64,000 nt of DNA from Bifidobacteriaceae bacterium. Lineage in GTDB: Bacteria > Actinomycetota > Actinomycetes > Actinomycetales > WQXJ01. The notes beneath the pieces were generated by a model. It had not been told where the DNA came from and did not search any database. It was given only the letters and a program-made list of their open reading frames with translations. The translations under genes were made by a program, and so were the position numbers. Positions 10,101 to 19,700 of the stretch are shown here, in pieces. The stretch lies in assembly GCA_031270825.1 (NCBI GenBank), contig JAISXH010000026.1:3621-67620 (forward strand). The letters are read 5' to 3'. The stretch's first letter is position 1. Each line of letters starts with the position of its first letter.

Positions 10101-10851
10101 CCATGAAGCAGGACGCCGGGATGCCTTTGACCTCAATCGTCGCGCCCACCTTCTCACCCGCGATCAGATCGTGGCGGGCCGCCAGGGCCACAGTGACCGC
10201 CGCGGCCCTGGTGCTGACGGTCTTGACCTGGCTGCCGTCCTCGAACGTGACATTGGGGGTGGTCAGCTTTACCGTCGCGGAATACCCCGCCGAGTAATGG
10301 GCCGCGCTTCTGGCCAGCGCCCCGCCCGTTATTTTCGCGGGCTCGCCCTCGCGGACCAGGCCGACGTAGACCTTCAGAGCAGCGGCATCGACTTCGACGT
10401 AAGCGTCTTTCGGCCCGGCGTTCGCCTCAGCCTCGGCCTTCATCGCGGCGAAGCGGTCGGGGTAGGACACCGGGACGCCCGAGTTGTACTCTGCCCGCGC
10501 GAACTGCGACAACGAGGCCGCCGTCTGGTTGTCGCCGGTCTCCAGGTACCTGGCCAGCAGGTAGGCGATCTGCGCCGTCTTGTCGGGTTGGCCATTCGCA
10601 TACGCGCCGCAGACTCTCTTGGCGGCCGAGTCGTCAAGTTTATCCCAGCAAACACCTGTGCGGCCAACGGATAGCCTCACATCGAGGCTGTTGGCCAACC
10701 GGGTGTAGTCCGCGGAGGTGTAAACCGATCCGCGGTCGGAGTGGAACACCGCGCCGCCGGTCGCCTTGACCCACTTGTAGTACCCCGACCTGGCGACACT
10801 CAACAACCTCGCCATCATCGCGACTGGATAGTTGGCCTTCTCCTGCCACAT
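7195..10851 (-). CDS. Large sortase-anchored surface protein with an IS3-derived N-terminus (chimeric, probably not secreted)
   Basis: C-terminal Pro-rich linker, LPRTG, TM helix and RRRRR; repeated beta-rich domains with paired Cys; no signal peptide, first ~70 aa are transposase-like. Confidence 0.8.
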   Translation of the reverse strand: MWQEKANYPVAMMARLLSVARSGYYKWVKATGGAVFHSDRGSVYTSADYTRLANSLDVRLSVGRTGVCWDKLDDSAAKRVCGAYANGQPDKTAQIAYLLARYLETGDNQTAASLSQFARAEYNSGVPVSYPDRFAAMKAEAEANAGPKDAYVEVDAAALKVYVGLVREGEPAKITGGALARSAAHYSAGYSATVKLTTPNVTFEDGSQVKTVSTRAAAVTVALAARHDLIAGEKVGATIEVKGIPASCFMVHQAAGGEQRAITPLEVEADGSDTDAPTETKWQPKIATEVSSQALSGDATAVVDKVKADAVGGSQWPVKEWADGAQTQPKTYFPFTASGDVAKATVPPAASASLPPGAVVVSSEPAKATLTGPGQWATAVVPLPDTGSGHYAMRWCLKAEDQGANAKYLPKGGPFCDDYFTLSERFTVPMTLAVASALPDQFQAKGQAPDDTITVSLPDERDSWISTRDGKPAVVKVTGTFYAGSASSFTISETPPADAEVLGTAFVNVTLPTSGRDPVTVPAPAGFTVPSSQYGTWVWRIDRADQVPEVAELFDNDPADKFGQQTETHVTQMELAIQSQVENATVAEPKGDATAQVCDTVWVEHTNPADLWLDQWGTGKPVEVKVDGKLYHSAVPGPQTTAIAGDLPVADQYSLTFTAAGKEHAQRVCHQVSYGEYGTYGFVFGIDLAEQPEATRDYLAKGVTTPLWLPVETTMVRRVPVIHTAATRWSATNDGNEQVFFTDEIWQIDWPDAPGDTDMAGAVGHTQWDGYGPWAGDGKTITTELWRIEGEVTPESCAADNPAAKLIAVNKTTLALNTWGASQRVSGSRFKAEGGDATYTFVVTWPGDARTEAYQSTCGEESETIRLIHQAPEFITQLLAPADLKDATRQTAAQRDSAIEVEAGGALVDVLHAWFPDTDGRRLDMSGWAAGWDTYFVPLAANAQSPTVVTDEAGQKVYQGAVCAPSALLASSPDPLPVERVGDYSSPEITVPNEPGMVHTVETVTDQDGNIVRRGTCGAVSESAIVRPPEQPKPQIVTNAPEHASVGDKIKDEATLTGPFPKGVVIEFWYQHTPHNNPGAVPDELACDPPDPEDTTGAIRIGGVVLDHDIAAGATETLHSPEFTSDEPGCTWIKETAWAPGEGPERTILAEGRFDTLNERTIWSEPPPPTPTTPPPPGDLPRTGATTWAWAACGAAAVLAGLALVAAARRRRRVGAVT

Positions 10852-10853
10852 CA
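10640..10853 (-). mobile_element. IS3-family OrfB remnant (internally deleted)
   Basis: QEKANYPVAMMARLLSVARSGYYKW (OrfB N-terminus) joined directly to VFHSDRGSVYTS..LSVGRTGVCWD (DDE core). Confidence 0.85.
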
Positions 10854-11042
10854 GTCTTCACCGGTGAGTTCGATCACGCCGTCCCACGCTTTGACGGCCG
10901 TCTCATGATGAGGCGCGGACACGCCGGCGAATGCTCCCGCGCAGATCAACACCGTGGGAACCAGCACCAGCGCAAACCGCAGGATCGCTTTCGGCTGCCG
11001 TCCTAGGGCGGCCGGGAGCCCCGCGTTCATGCCGGCCAGCAT
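10851..11042 (-). CDS. Short ORF with a signal-peptide-like N-terminus, probably a truncated gene
   Basis: RQPKAILRFALVLVPTVLICAGAFAGVSA; ends at the IS3 junction. Confidence 0.35.
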   Translation of the reverse strand: MLAGMNAGLPAALGRQPKAILRFALVLVPTVLICAGAFAGVSAPHHETAVKAWDGVIELTGED

Positions 11043-11132
11043 AGCCCTGCCCCGCGCCGTCGGCCCCGGCCAACGGCACTCGGAAGGGAACTGCTAGGTC
11101 ACGGCCAAGCGGCGCCGTGCCCGGGGCCTCGC

Positions 11133-11255
11133 AAACCGGTGAACCAACCGGTTTCCTAGGTCGAAGCAGCCTTTGCCTTCCGCGTTTCCGCTGGTCAGCG
11201 TTCCGCTGCCCCGCGTCACCACGGTCGGAGCGTGGTTATTCACCACGCTCCTAGC
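11133..11255 (+). repeat. Dispersed ~125 bp structured intergenic element, copy A
   Basis: Near-identical to 44016-44138 and to the reverse complement of 60264-60392; hairpins AAACCGGT..ACCGGTTT and GGAGCGTGGT-tattc-ACCACGCTCC. Confidence 0.9.
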
Positions 11256-11269
11256 GATCTTCGCTCGCC

Positions 11270-12595
11270 TCAGTGGACGCCGAGAGCCTGCAGGATGTCG
11301 GCGTCTGGAGCCGGCGCTTGCGGTGTCGGGGCCTGCACGTCCGCCAAGACCTCGCGCACAATCGTGGTGCGGGCGTCGGTCACGGCGGCGCCGATCTCCC
11401 GTTCAGAGGTCTCCATCGCGTTCAGGATTTGGCCGCGCACGGTCCGGCCCCAGCGGCTGGCCTCAACCAGGCCGTCGCATTGCGTCTTGATGGAGTCGCG
11501 GATGGTCCAGATCGCCTGCTCCGGCAGGATCGGGGCCTGGGCCGCCTTAGCGGTCTCCGCGACCGCCTGGCCAGCGGCCTGGAAAGCGCCTTCGATCAGG
11601 CGGGCGGTGCCGTCGGCCAAGGCCTGGCCAACCTCGCCAGACTCTTTCGCCAGCGCCGCCTGCTGCCACATGACCAGCGACTTCTTGCCTCCCGGCAAGC
11701 CCATGGTGCGGAACACCTGCAAACGGCGCTGCATGGTGAAAGACACCCCGATCAGGTTGCGCACCGCCGGCGACAGGGCATAGGCCAAGAAGAACTGCTG
11801 GCGCCAGTCGAACAGGGTCAGCTCAACCGCCTGGATGCCTTCGGCCAGCGTCTGCGCCTCTTCTTCCGCAGCCGGTCGAGATGGGTCACCGGCTGGGATC
11901 GCGGCCAACTTGGCTTCCATCTCGGCCGCCCGCTTGGCCCCCTCTTCGCGCACTTGCTCCAGCGCCGCCAAGACCCCGACCAGGCCGGTCAGCGAAGCGT
12001 CGTTGGCCTTGTACAGTTGCTGTCCCCGCGACACGTTGTCCGCCAGCCGCAACTCCAGTTCCCGAGTCTGTCCCGCCGCCATGTCAAGGCGCTCCTCAAT
12101 CGACTTCGACTCGCGGTACATGGCCTTCATGGTGGCCTTGCCGCTGCGCAGCGCGTGGCGCAGCTTGTTCATCAGGCCTTTGACTTTCCCGGACTCGAAC
12201 TGGGCGCTGAAACCGTCCAACTGCCGCAAAATGCCGTTGACCACCTGGTCGGCTTCCGGCAATTCGATTTGCCGTTGGGCGGCCAACAGCTCTGCCGAGG
12301 TCTGGTTGATCTTGGTCAGCGCCGATTGGCCGAAGTCGAGCAGCGCATTGCGGTCTATCAGCAGCCGATCAGCCAACTCGGCGCTGCGGGCGGCCAGCAA
12401 TTCGCGCTGCTCTGGCGCCAGCAGGGGCCGAAACTCGACATGGGACTGCTCGGCCGGAGCGGCCGCCTCAGCCGGCGGGACGGCCGCGAGCGCCTTCGCC
12501 AGCGGCGTTTCAGCCACCGGATTGGTGTTCGGATCCCCGAGCAAAGAGGCCATGTCAACGGCCACGGGATCTGGTGAAGCGGTAGTGTTGGTCAT
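11270..12595 (-). CDS. Toxic anion resistance protein (TelA/KlaB/YaaN family)
   Basis: NALLDFGQSAL..I..TSAELL, helical coiled-coil body, QLYKAN, ALSPAVRNL. Confidence 0.75.
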   Translation of the reverse strand: MTNTTASPDPVAVDMASLLGDPNTNPVAETPLAKALAAVPPAEAAAPAEQSHVEFRPLLAPEQRELLAARSAELADRLLIDRNALLDFGQSALTKINQTSAELLAAQRQIELPEADQVVNGILRQLDGFSAQFESGKVKGLMNKLRHALRSGKATMKAMYRESKSIEERLDMAAGQTRELELRLADNVSRGQQLYKANDASLTGLVGVLAALEQVREEGAKRAAEMEAKLAAIPAGDPSRPAAEEEAQTLAEGIQAVELTLFDWRQQFFLAYALSPAVRNLIGVSFTMQRRLQVFRTMGLPGGKKSLVMWQQAALAKESGEVGQALADGTARLIEGAFQAAGQAVAETAKAAQAPILPEQAIWTIRDSIKTQCDGLVEASRWGRTVRGQILNAMETSEREIGAAVTDARTTIVREVLADVQAPTPQAPAPDADILQALGVH

Positions 12596-13740
12596 GGTCT
12601 TGGCCTTTCATTAGGGGGGTCGGTGGGATCGTAGAGTCCGGCGGCCTGGTCCCGCTTGGCGCGGGCCAGGGCGTCGAGTGAAACCTGGAAACGCAGGTCT
12701 TGGGCGGCGTTGACCTGTTTGATGTTGTCGATGATCTGACTAGAGAACGCCGCCACCGCCGCTTCGACGGCGCGCGCCCGGCCACGCGGATCGTCCCACA
12801 GGTCCGGCCTGGCCAGGATGTCCAGGTAATAGTCCGGACCGAGGACTTCAACCACCTTGGCCACCTGGTCGCGGTATTCGACCCGCGCCACCGCCTGCTG
12901 GTCGCCGCCGCCGCGACTCTCCAACCGCCGGAACAACTCCGAGGTGTCGGTCACAATCCGCGCGATCATCTGCGCCATGTTCTTGGTGGCGGCGAAGGCC
13001 GGACCGGGCACGCGCGCGTTCAGATACCGCACCCTGAGGGCCCTCAGTTCCTCCAGCTTTTCGGCCACGTCCGGCGGGGTCTGCTTGGACGGCTTGATCG
13101 GGGCCCTGCCGCCGCCCCGCCGGTGCCGCTTGACCAGCCAGACGACCAGCGCCGTGATCAGGGCCGCCGGCACCACCACGACAAAGAAGAAAGTCCACGC
13201 CAGCACCTTCAGCACGGTCCGGCCCGCCCCGGCCATGTCACCGTCGGCCGCGGAGGACGATGCCGTCGGGGCGGCCCCGGCCTCCTCGGCTTGGTTCCGA
13301 GCTTGGTCGAGCGCCTCGGCCAGCGACGCCACCGCCGCAACCAGCTTGTCCTCCAAGGCACCCGGTGCCCGCTCGGCCTGGTTCGCGGCCGTCAAAGCCG
13401 CGGTCTTGGTCAACTCCGCTGAATCGGCGGAGAAGTCCTCGCCCATGGCCACCAGCACGGTTGGCCAGTCGGTCCGTGCACGCAGGTCGGCAGCCGTGGC
13501 GCTGGGTGAGGACTCAAGCTTGGCCGTGTCCGGCAGCACTGCCACCGCGACTTGCCCGTCAATGTCCGCGCTCAGCACCTTGGCGAGATCAAGCTGGCTG
13601 GTGACCTCAGACGAGACCCAGCCGCGCGCACCCGTCAGCCCTTGGACGGCATCGTCCAAATAGCTGGCCGCCCAAGCGGGCGCACCGCCTAAGCCGGCCA
13701 CAATCAGGCCGGCCAGCAGGGCAAGAGCGAATCGGCGCAT
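12592..13740 (-). CDS. Single-pass membrane protein: signal peptide, extracellular domain, TM and cytoplasmic helical (XpaC-like) domain
   Basis: MRRFALALLAG..AWA signal, TM LAWTFFFVVVVPAALITALVVWLV, ATGA overlap with telA. Confidence 0.7.
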   Translation of the reverse strand: MRRFALALLAGLIVAGLGGAPAWAASYLDDAVQGLTGARGWVSSEVTSQLDLAKVLSADIDGQVAVAVLPDTAKLESSPSATAADLRARTDWPTVLVAMGEDFSADSAELTKTAALTAANQAERAPGALEDKLVAAVASLAEALDQARNQAEEAGAAPTASSSAADGDMAGAGRTVLKVLAWTFFFVVVVPAALITALVVWLVKRHRRGGGRAPIKPSKQTPPDVAEKLEELRALRVRYLNARVPGPAFAATKNMAQMIARIVTDTSELFRRLESRGGGDQQAVARVEYRDQVAKVVEVLGPDYYLDILARPDLWDDPRGRARAVEAAVAAFSSQIIDNIKQVNAAQDLRFQVSLDALARAKRDQAAGLYDPTDPPNERPRP

Positions 13741-13758
13741 CAGCGGTCCTTAAGGCGA

Positions 13759-15588
13759 TCAGAAGTTGTTGATGACGGACGCGAACACAAGGTTGATCCG
13801 CTCGGGGTTGGAGGCGTCAAAAACCTGTCCGCCAGAAGCGGCGGCGATACGGCCGAGGGGGCCCTGGTCGGCGTCGGCGCCGTAGGCGATCGCGAAAATG
13901 CGCACCGGGGCGTCGTTGCCGCCCTCCCGGTTGGCCGCGTTCAGCTTCGCGACCAGGGAATCGAGCGAGATCTTCGAGTCGGTGTCCTCACCGTCGGAGA
14001 GCAGCACAATGGCGTTGATGCGGCCTGGCTGCGCCCGTGCGGTCATGGCGTCAAAAGCGGCCGCGACGGCATCGTACAAAGGCGTGCCGGCCTTGTAAGA
14101 CTGGCGTAACGATTCGAGCGATCCGGCCAACGTCTCGCGGTCGGAGCCCAACGGCTCCACCTCTCGCAGCGAGAAAGTGACCGCCGCCGGGTCGTCCGGG
14201 ACCAAGCCGGTGGTGAAGACCCACAACCCCACCTCGTCAGTGGCGCGGAAATGCTCCAACGTGTTGGTGGCGCCCTCGATGGCGCCGTCGATCTTGGTGC
14301 GGCCGTCATCCATCGGCTCTTCCATGGAGCCCGAGATGTCGATCAACTCCAGCACCGATGACGGCTTGCGGATGTGGGCCCACTGGTCTAGCGCCGCTGA
14401 GACGGTGGCCACCGGCGGCTGCGGCAGCGTGACCGCCGGACCCTCGGCGGTGACGCCGAACGCCGGGGTGAAGAGCTTGCCCAGGGGGACTGACTGGTCG
14501 AGTGGCCGGAAGCCGTATTCGGGCAGGATCTCCTGGGCCGGTTTGGTCTGGACGAACTCGGTGAAGGCCGTGGCCGCCGCCTTCTGCTCAGCGGTCACCC
14601 AAGGGGCGTTCAGGACCACGACCGGGTTGTCAGACCACAGCGAGCCGCCCTCCGGGTAGATCGCCACCAACTTCTCTTTCGGCGGGGTCAGGGTTTCTCC
14701 CGGCTCGATCACCTTCGACGTGGGGTTGCCCTGGTTGTAGTTGAGCAGGGATGTCTCTTCTAGCGCCACCGCCGACACATAAGTGGAGCCGGCAGCGCCC
14801 TGGCTGGCTTCGTCATACAGGCGCTGGAGCACTTTCCCGGTGGTGTCGCCGTAGTGGATGACGCAGTTCTCGAATCCGGCCGAGAACTCCTCGGCCGCCG
14901 CCACGTCGTCCGCGGTCAAGTCCGCCGTCTTGCCGGCCGCCGCGTAGGCCTGCATCGCCAGCACGGCCAGACCGGTCGTGGAGGTGTTCGGGTTGGTCTT
15001 GGCGATGCGGAACTGGCCCCACAGCGCTTTGGCCGGATCGACCGCGCCCCAACCGGCCGGGTCGGCGCACAGATCGGCGATCTGACCCAGCCCGATCGCC
15101 TTGTCCGGCCAGCCCAGCGCCTTCGCCATCGACTCCGGCATGGCCAAGACCACCGGGGTGTGGGTGAACGACTCGGCGCCTTCGACCAGCGCCGGCGAGG
15201 CTGCGGCCGCGACGCGGTCCACCCAGACCATTGAGGCCGGCGACCACAAAGCCGGCCACAGCTCACGGTCCTCGCTGGCGGGCCAATCGCCGCCGGCCGA
15301 CAGGTAGCGCGTCGCGTCCCCCGAGGTCACATCGATCGGTCTGACGGAGACGCAGGAGTCCAGCCCCTCAGCCTGGGGGGAATCGGCGAACGCTTCGGCC
15401 AGTTCGGCGAACAGGTTGACCTTCTCCGAGGAGACCGCGGCCACCACGTGGACGCAGCCGTCTTCCGCGAAGACGCTGTCGCCGGGGGGATCGTCCCGGT
15501 CACGGTCGCCCGGACCGCCGGCGCAGGCGGCCACCGCAAACATGATCGCGGCGCCCAGCAGCCCAGCGCGGGTTCGGCGCGTTCTCAA
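13759..15588 (-). CDS. Lipoprotein with substrate-binding and von Willebrand A domains
   Basis: TTG start after GAGGAGG; lipobox VAAC; WSPAS, TPVVLAMP, TNPNTSTTG (SBP); MIDAS DISGS..TPLYDA..LLSDG. Confidence 0.88.
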   Translation of the reverse strand: MRTRRTRAGLLGAAIMFAVAACAGGPGDRDRDDPPGDSVFAEDGCVHVVAAVSSEKVNLFAELAEAFADSPQAEGLDSCVSVRPIDVTSGDATRYLSAGGDWPASEDRELWPALWSPASMVWVDRVAAAASPALVEGAESFTHTPVVLAMPESMAKALGWPDKAIGLGQIADLCADPAGWGAVDPAKALWGQFRIAKTNPNTSTTGLAVLAMQAYAAAGKTADLTADDVAAAEEFSAGFENCVIHYGDTTGKVLQRLYDEASQGAAGSTYVSAVALEETSLLNYNQGNPTSKVIEPGETLTPPKEKLVAIYPEGGSLWSDNPVVVLNAPWVTAEQKAAATAFTEFVQTKPAQEILPEYGFRPLDQSVPLGKLFTPAFGVTAEGPAVTLPQPPVATVSAALDQWAHIRKPSSVLELIDISGSMEEPMDDGRTKIDGAIEGATNTLEHFRATDEVGLWVFTTGLVPDDPAAVTFSLREVEPLGSDRETLAGSLESLRQSYKAGTPLYDAVAAAFDAMTARAQPGRINAIVLLSDGEDTDSKISLDSLVAKLNAANREGGNDAPVRIFAIAYGADADQGPLGRIAAASGGQVFDASNPERINLVFASVINNF

Positions 15589-15748
15589 GGGACCTCCTCG
15601 ACATTCTTGCCATTGGCTTGGCCGTTCCGCCAACCGGTCGGAAACCTGGTCAGCCGCCACCGGTTCGACACGAGTCGCTCTGGGGCGTCCTCTTATCATC
15701 TCCTGAACTCGGCCCGAATGCACGTTTTGAGGCCGGAGGGCCTGCCCG

Positions 15749-15891
15749 CCGCCCACTTCGGAACCGGCGAGGAGTTCGCTTGACCGGCCGCGCTATTGCC
15801 CGCCGGCTGCGGCGTCGCTCGGCGGCCCAGGGCACCGCCCACCTCGAAACCGCCGAGGAGTTGGCCTGCCCGGCCGCGCTATTGCCCGCCG
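15749..15891 (+). repeat. Degenerate direct repeat, 86 bp period, in the divergent promoter region
   Basis: ccgcccacttcggaaccggcgaggagttcgcttgaccggccgcgctattgcccgccg (15749) vs ccgcccacctcgaaaccgccgaggagttggcctgcccggccgcgctattgcccgccg (15835). Confidence 0.75.
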
Positions 15892-16048
15892 CCGCGCCGC
15901 TCGGCGTTTCGCGATCACCGTCAAGTGAGGCAAGCACAGCGCTTCGCGATCACATTAGACGAGTCTCGTCGGACGCTGGTAATTCATCGAGCGTTGAGAT
16001 ACGCTGGCCGGAGTTGTCCCCGACACCCCCAGTCATTAAGGAGCGCCC

Positions 16049-16714
16049 ATGCCCCCAGGCGCCAGCCGCCCTGGCCTAGCGCAGCACGGGGTGGCCCCGC
16101 GCAGTGGGCCCGACCAGCCCAAGGCCGGGCGCCGGCCCGGCCCCAGCACCACCGCCCAAGCGATCCTCACTCATGCCCGCGACCGGTTTTCGCGCCATGG
16201 CTACGCCAAGACCTCGCTGCGTTCCATCGCCGATGACGCCGGCGTCGATCCGGCGCTGATCGCCCATTTCTTCGGGTCCAAACGAGGGCTGTTCGACGCG
16301 GCGATCCAGGTGCCGCTGACTCCGGAGCTGCCCGCCATGGTCGAGTTCCAGACCTCCGCCAAGGAGCCGGTCGAACGCCTGGCCACCATGTACGTCAAAC
16401 TCTGGGAGACTCCGGAAGTCGCGCAGGCGCTCGCCGCCATCATCCTGGAGGCCGCCCATGACGCCGCCGCCGCGCGCGCCATGGCCCGGTTCATGTACAC
16501 CTGGGTGGGCGAGCCCCTGGTTCGCGAACTCGGCGTCGACCATCCCGAACTGCGCTTGCGCATGGTGGTCGGATTCATGGGGGCGATCGCCCTGCAACGC
16601 CAGTTCGACGCCGACTGCATGCTGGCCCAACTCGGCCCCGACCAGTTAGTCGAGTTGATGGTGCCGACCATGCGGTTCATCCTCACCAGCCCGCTGCCCC
16701 AGGGTGTTCCATGA
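16049..16714 (+). CDS. TetR family regulator (TetR_C_16-type)
   Basis: GRRPG..TAQAILTHARDRFSRHGYAKTSLRSIADDAGVDPALIAHFFGSK; AAGGAG RBS. Confidence 0.9.
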   Translation: MPPGASRPGLAQHGVAPRSGPDQPKAGRRPGPSTTAQAILTHARDRFSRHGYAKTSLRSIADDAGVDPALIAHFFGSKRGLFDAAIQVPLTPELPAMVEFQTSAKEPVERLATMYVKLWETPEVAQALAAIILEAAHDAAAARAMARFMYTWVGEPLVRELGVDHPELRLRMVVGFMGAIALQRQFDADCMLAQLGPDQLVELMVPTMRFILTSPLPQGVP

Positions 16715-19700
16715 CTGAGACAGCCGTCGACCGCGCCCTGGCCGAGACGTCGCCGCAGCCGATCCTGCGCCTGGGGATCGACATCGGATCGACCACTGTC
16801 AAGGCCGTCCTCCTGGACGGCGATCCGCCGCCCGCCCCAGCCCAGACCGCTCAAACTCAGACCGCCCACACCCAGACGGCTCAAACTCATACCGCCCACA
16901 CCCAGACTGCTCACGCCCAGGCCCAGGCCACGGACGCCGTCAACCAACCAAGCCCCCGGACCCTGTTCGAAGACTACCGACGCCACCACGCCGACGTCCG
17001 GATCGAACTGTCGAAGCTGATCGGCGGCATCGTCCAACAGTTCCCCGACCGGACGGCCCAAGTGACCGTCACCGGTTCGGGCGGCCTGGGCGTGGCGGAG
17101 GCGCTGGGCGTGCCCTTCGCCCAAGAGGTGATCGCCGAAACCGAGGCCATCCGGCAACTGGACCCAGACGCGGACGTGATCATCGAGCTCGGCGGCGAGG
17201 ACGCCAAGATCACCTATCTCAGGCCGGTGGTCGAACAGCGCATGAACGGGACCTGCGCGGGCGGCACGGGCGCGTTCATCGACCAGATGGCCACACTGCT
17301 CGGCACCGACGCGGCCGGACTGGACGCGCTCGCCGCCGGCTACCAGACCCTCTACCCGATCGCCTCGCGCTGCGGAGTGTTCGCCAAGACCGACCTGCAG
17401 CCGCTCCTCAACGACGGCGCCCGCCACGAGGACCTGGCGGCGTCGATCTTCCAAGCCGTCGCCACCCAGACCATCGCCGGGTTGGCCTGCGGGCGCCCGG
17501 TCCGGGGCCGGGTGGTCTTGCTGGGCGGCCCGCTGTTCTTCTTGCCGCAGCTCAGAGCGGCATTCGGGCGGGCCCTGGAGGAAGCCGGCGCGGTCTTGTC
17601 CTGCCCGCCGAAGGGGCAGCTGGCGGTCGCACTAGGGGCGGCTTTCCTGTCGGCCGATGCCGCGCCCGTCAGTTTGGAGGAATTGTCCCGTCGCGCTCGC
17701 GATATTCACGAACAGGGGCCTGGCGCGGCCGGACGTCTCCGCCCGCTCTTCCAAGACGCCGCCGAACAAAGCGCCTTCGAGGCCAGGCACGCCCGCACGC
17801 GCGTGCCCAGAATCCCGATCGAAGAAGCTCGCGGCGCCTGTTTCTTGGGCATTGACGCCGGCTCCACCACCATCAAGGCGGTGCTGATCGATTCCGAGGG
17901 ACGCATCTGCCACACCCACTACGCGCCCAACCAGGGGTCGATCGTGGCCGCCGCCGCCCAGATCGTCAACCAGGCCCGCCGGGCCCTGCCCGGACCGGCG
18001 ATCATCGCCCGGGCTTGCGTCACCGGCTACGGCGAGGGGCTGGTCCGGACCGCCCTCCACGTCGATGACGGCGAAGTCGAGACCATGGCCCATTACCGCG
18101 CCGCCGAATTCCTCCAGCCCCAGGTCACCTCGGTGATCGACATTGGCGGCCAGGACATGAAGTACCTCCGGATTGTGGACGGCGCGATCGACGAGATCCG
18201 GGTCAATGAGGCCTGCTCATCCGGCTGCGGCAGCTTCTTGCAGACCTTCGCCCAGACCCTGTCGCTTGACGTGGAGGCGTTCTGCCGGGCGGCGGTGGCG
18301 TCTTTCGCGCCGGTCGACCTGGGCTCGCGCTGCACTGTGTTCATGAACTCGTCGGTCAAGGCGGCCCAGAAAGACGGCGCCTCGGTGGGGGACATAGCCG
18401 CCGGGCTCAGCTATTCGGTCATCCGCAACGCCCTCTACAAGGTCATCAAGCTGCGCGATTCGGGCCAGTTGGGCGCCCATGTCGTGGTTCAGGGCGGCAC
18501 TTTCTTGTCCGATGCCGTGCTCCGGGCTTTCGAGCTCCTGACCGGTTTGGAGGTTGTCCGGCCGGACATCGCCGGTCTGATGGGGGCCTTCGGCGCGGCC
18601 CTGATCGCGCGGTCTCGATTCGCCCCTGGCGCGCCCTCCCGGTTGTTGGCGCCGCTGGCCCTGCGCTCTTTGAAGGTCGAGACCCGCACTGAGACCTGCC
18701 GGTTGTGTCAGAACCATTGTCAATGCACCATCTCCGAATTCCCGGACGGCTCCCAGCATGTGTCTGGCAACCGCTGCGAACGCGCCGGCGACCGCAATCG
18801 GGCCAAGTCCGACCTGCCGAATCTGTTCGATTTCAAATACAAGCGGCTGTTCGCTTATCGACGTCTGACCGACAAAGCCGCCACCCGCGGCTCGATCGGC
18901 ATCCCCCGAGTGTTGAATATGTACGAGAACTACCCGCTCTGGTTCACCGTCCTGACCAAGCTCGGCTTCCGGGTGGTGCTGTCCGGGCGCTCCAATCACG
19001 ACCTGTTCGTGGCCGGCATGGATTCCATCGCCTCGGAGAATATCTGCTATCCGGCCAAACTGGTTCACGGGCACATCGAGCAGCTGGTCGAGCGCGGGGT
19101 GAAAACCATTTTCTACCCCTCGGTGTCTTATGAACGCGAGCTGGCCGAAGGCGCCGACAACCATTTCAACTGCCCGGTGGTGACCTCCTATCCGCAGGTC
19201 ATAGCCAACAACGTGGAGTCCCTCCGGGACGGCGGGGTCCGCCTGATCAACCCGTTCTTCAACCTGGCGCTGCCGGACAAGCTGGCCGAACGGCTGGTCG
19301 AGGAGCTAGCCGATTGGTCGGTCACCCTGGAGGAGGCCCAGGCGGCGGTCGCGGCGGGGTACGCCGAGCAGGCCGCTTTCACCGCCGAGGTCCAGGCCGA
19401 GGGCCTCGCGGCGCTGGAATTCATGGAGCGGACCGGCGTCAAAGGGATTGTCTTGGCCGGCCGGCCTTACCATGTCGACCCGGAGATCCATCACGGCATC
19501 CCAGAGCTGATCACCTCGCTCGGCATGGCGGTGCTGACCGAGGATTCGATTTGCCAACTGGGCGCTGTGGAACGCCCGCTGCGGGCGCGCGACCAGTGGG
19601 CCTACCACTCGCGTCTTTACCAGGCGGCGGCGGCTGTGCGGCCCCGCCCGGAGTTGGAGTTGGTCCAACTGAACTCGTTCGGGTGCGGCCTCGACGCCAT

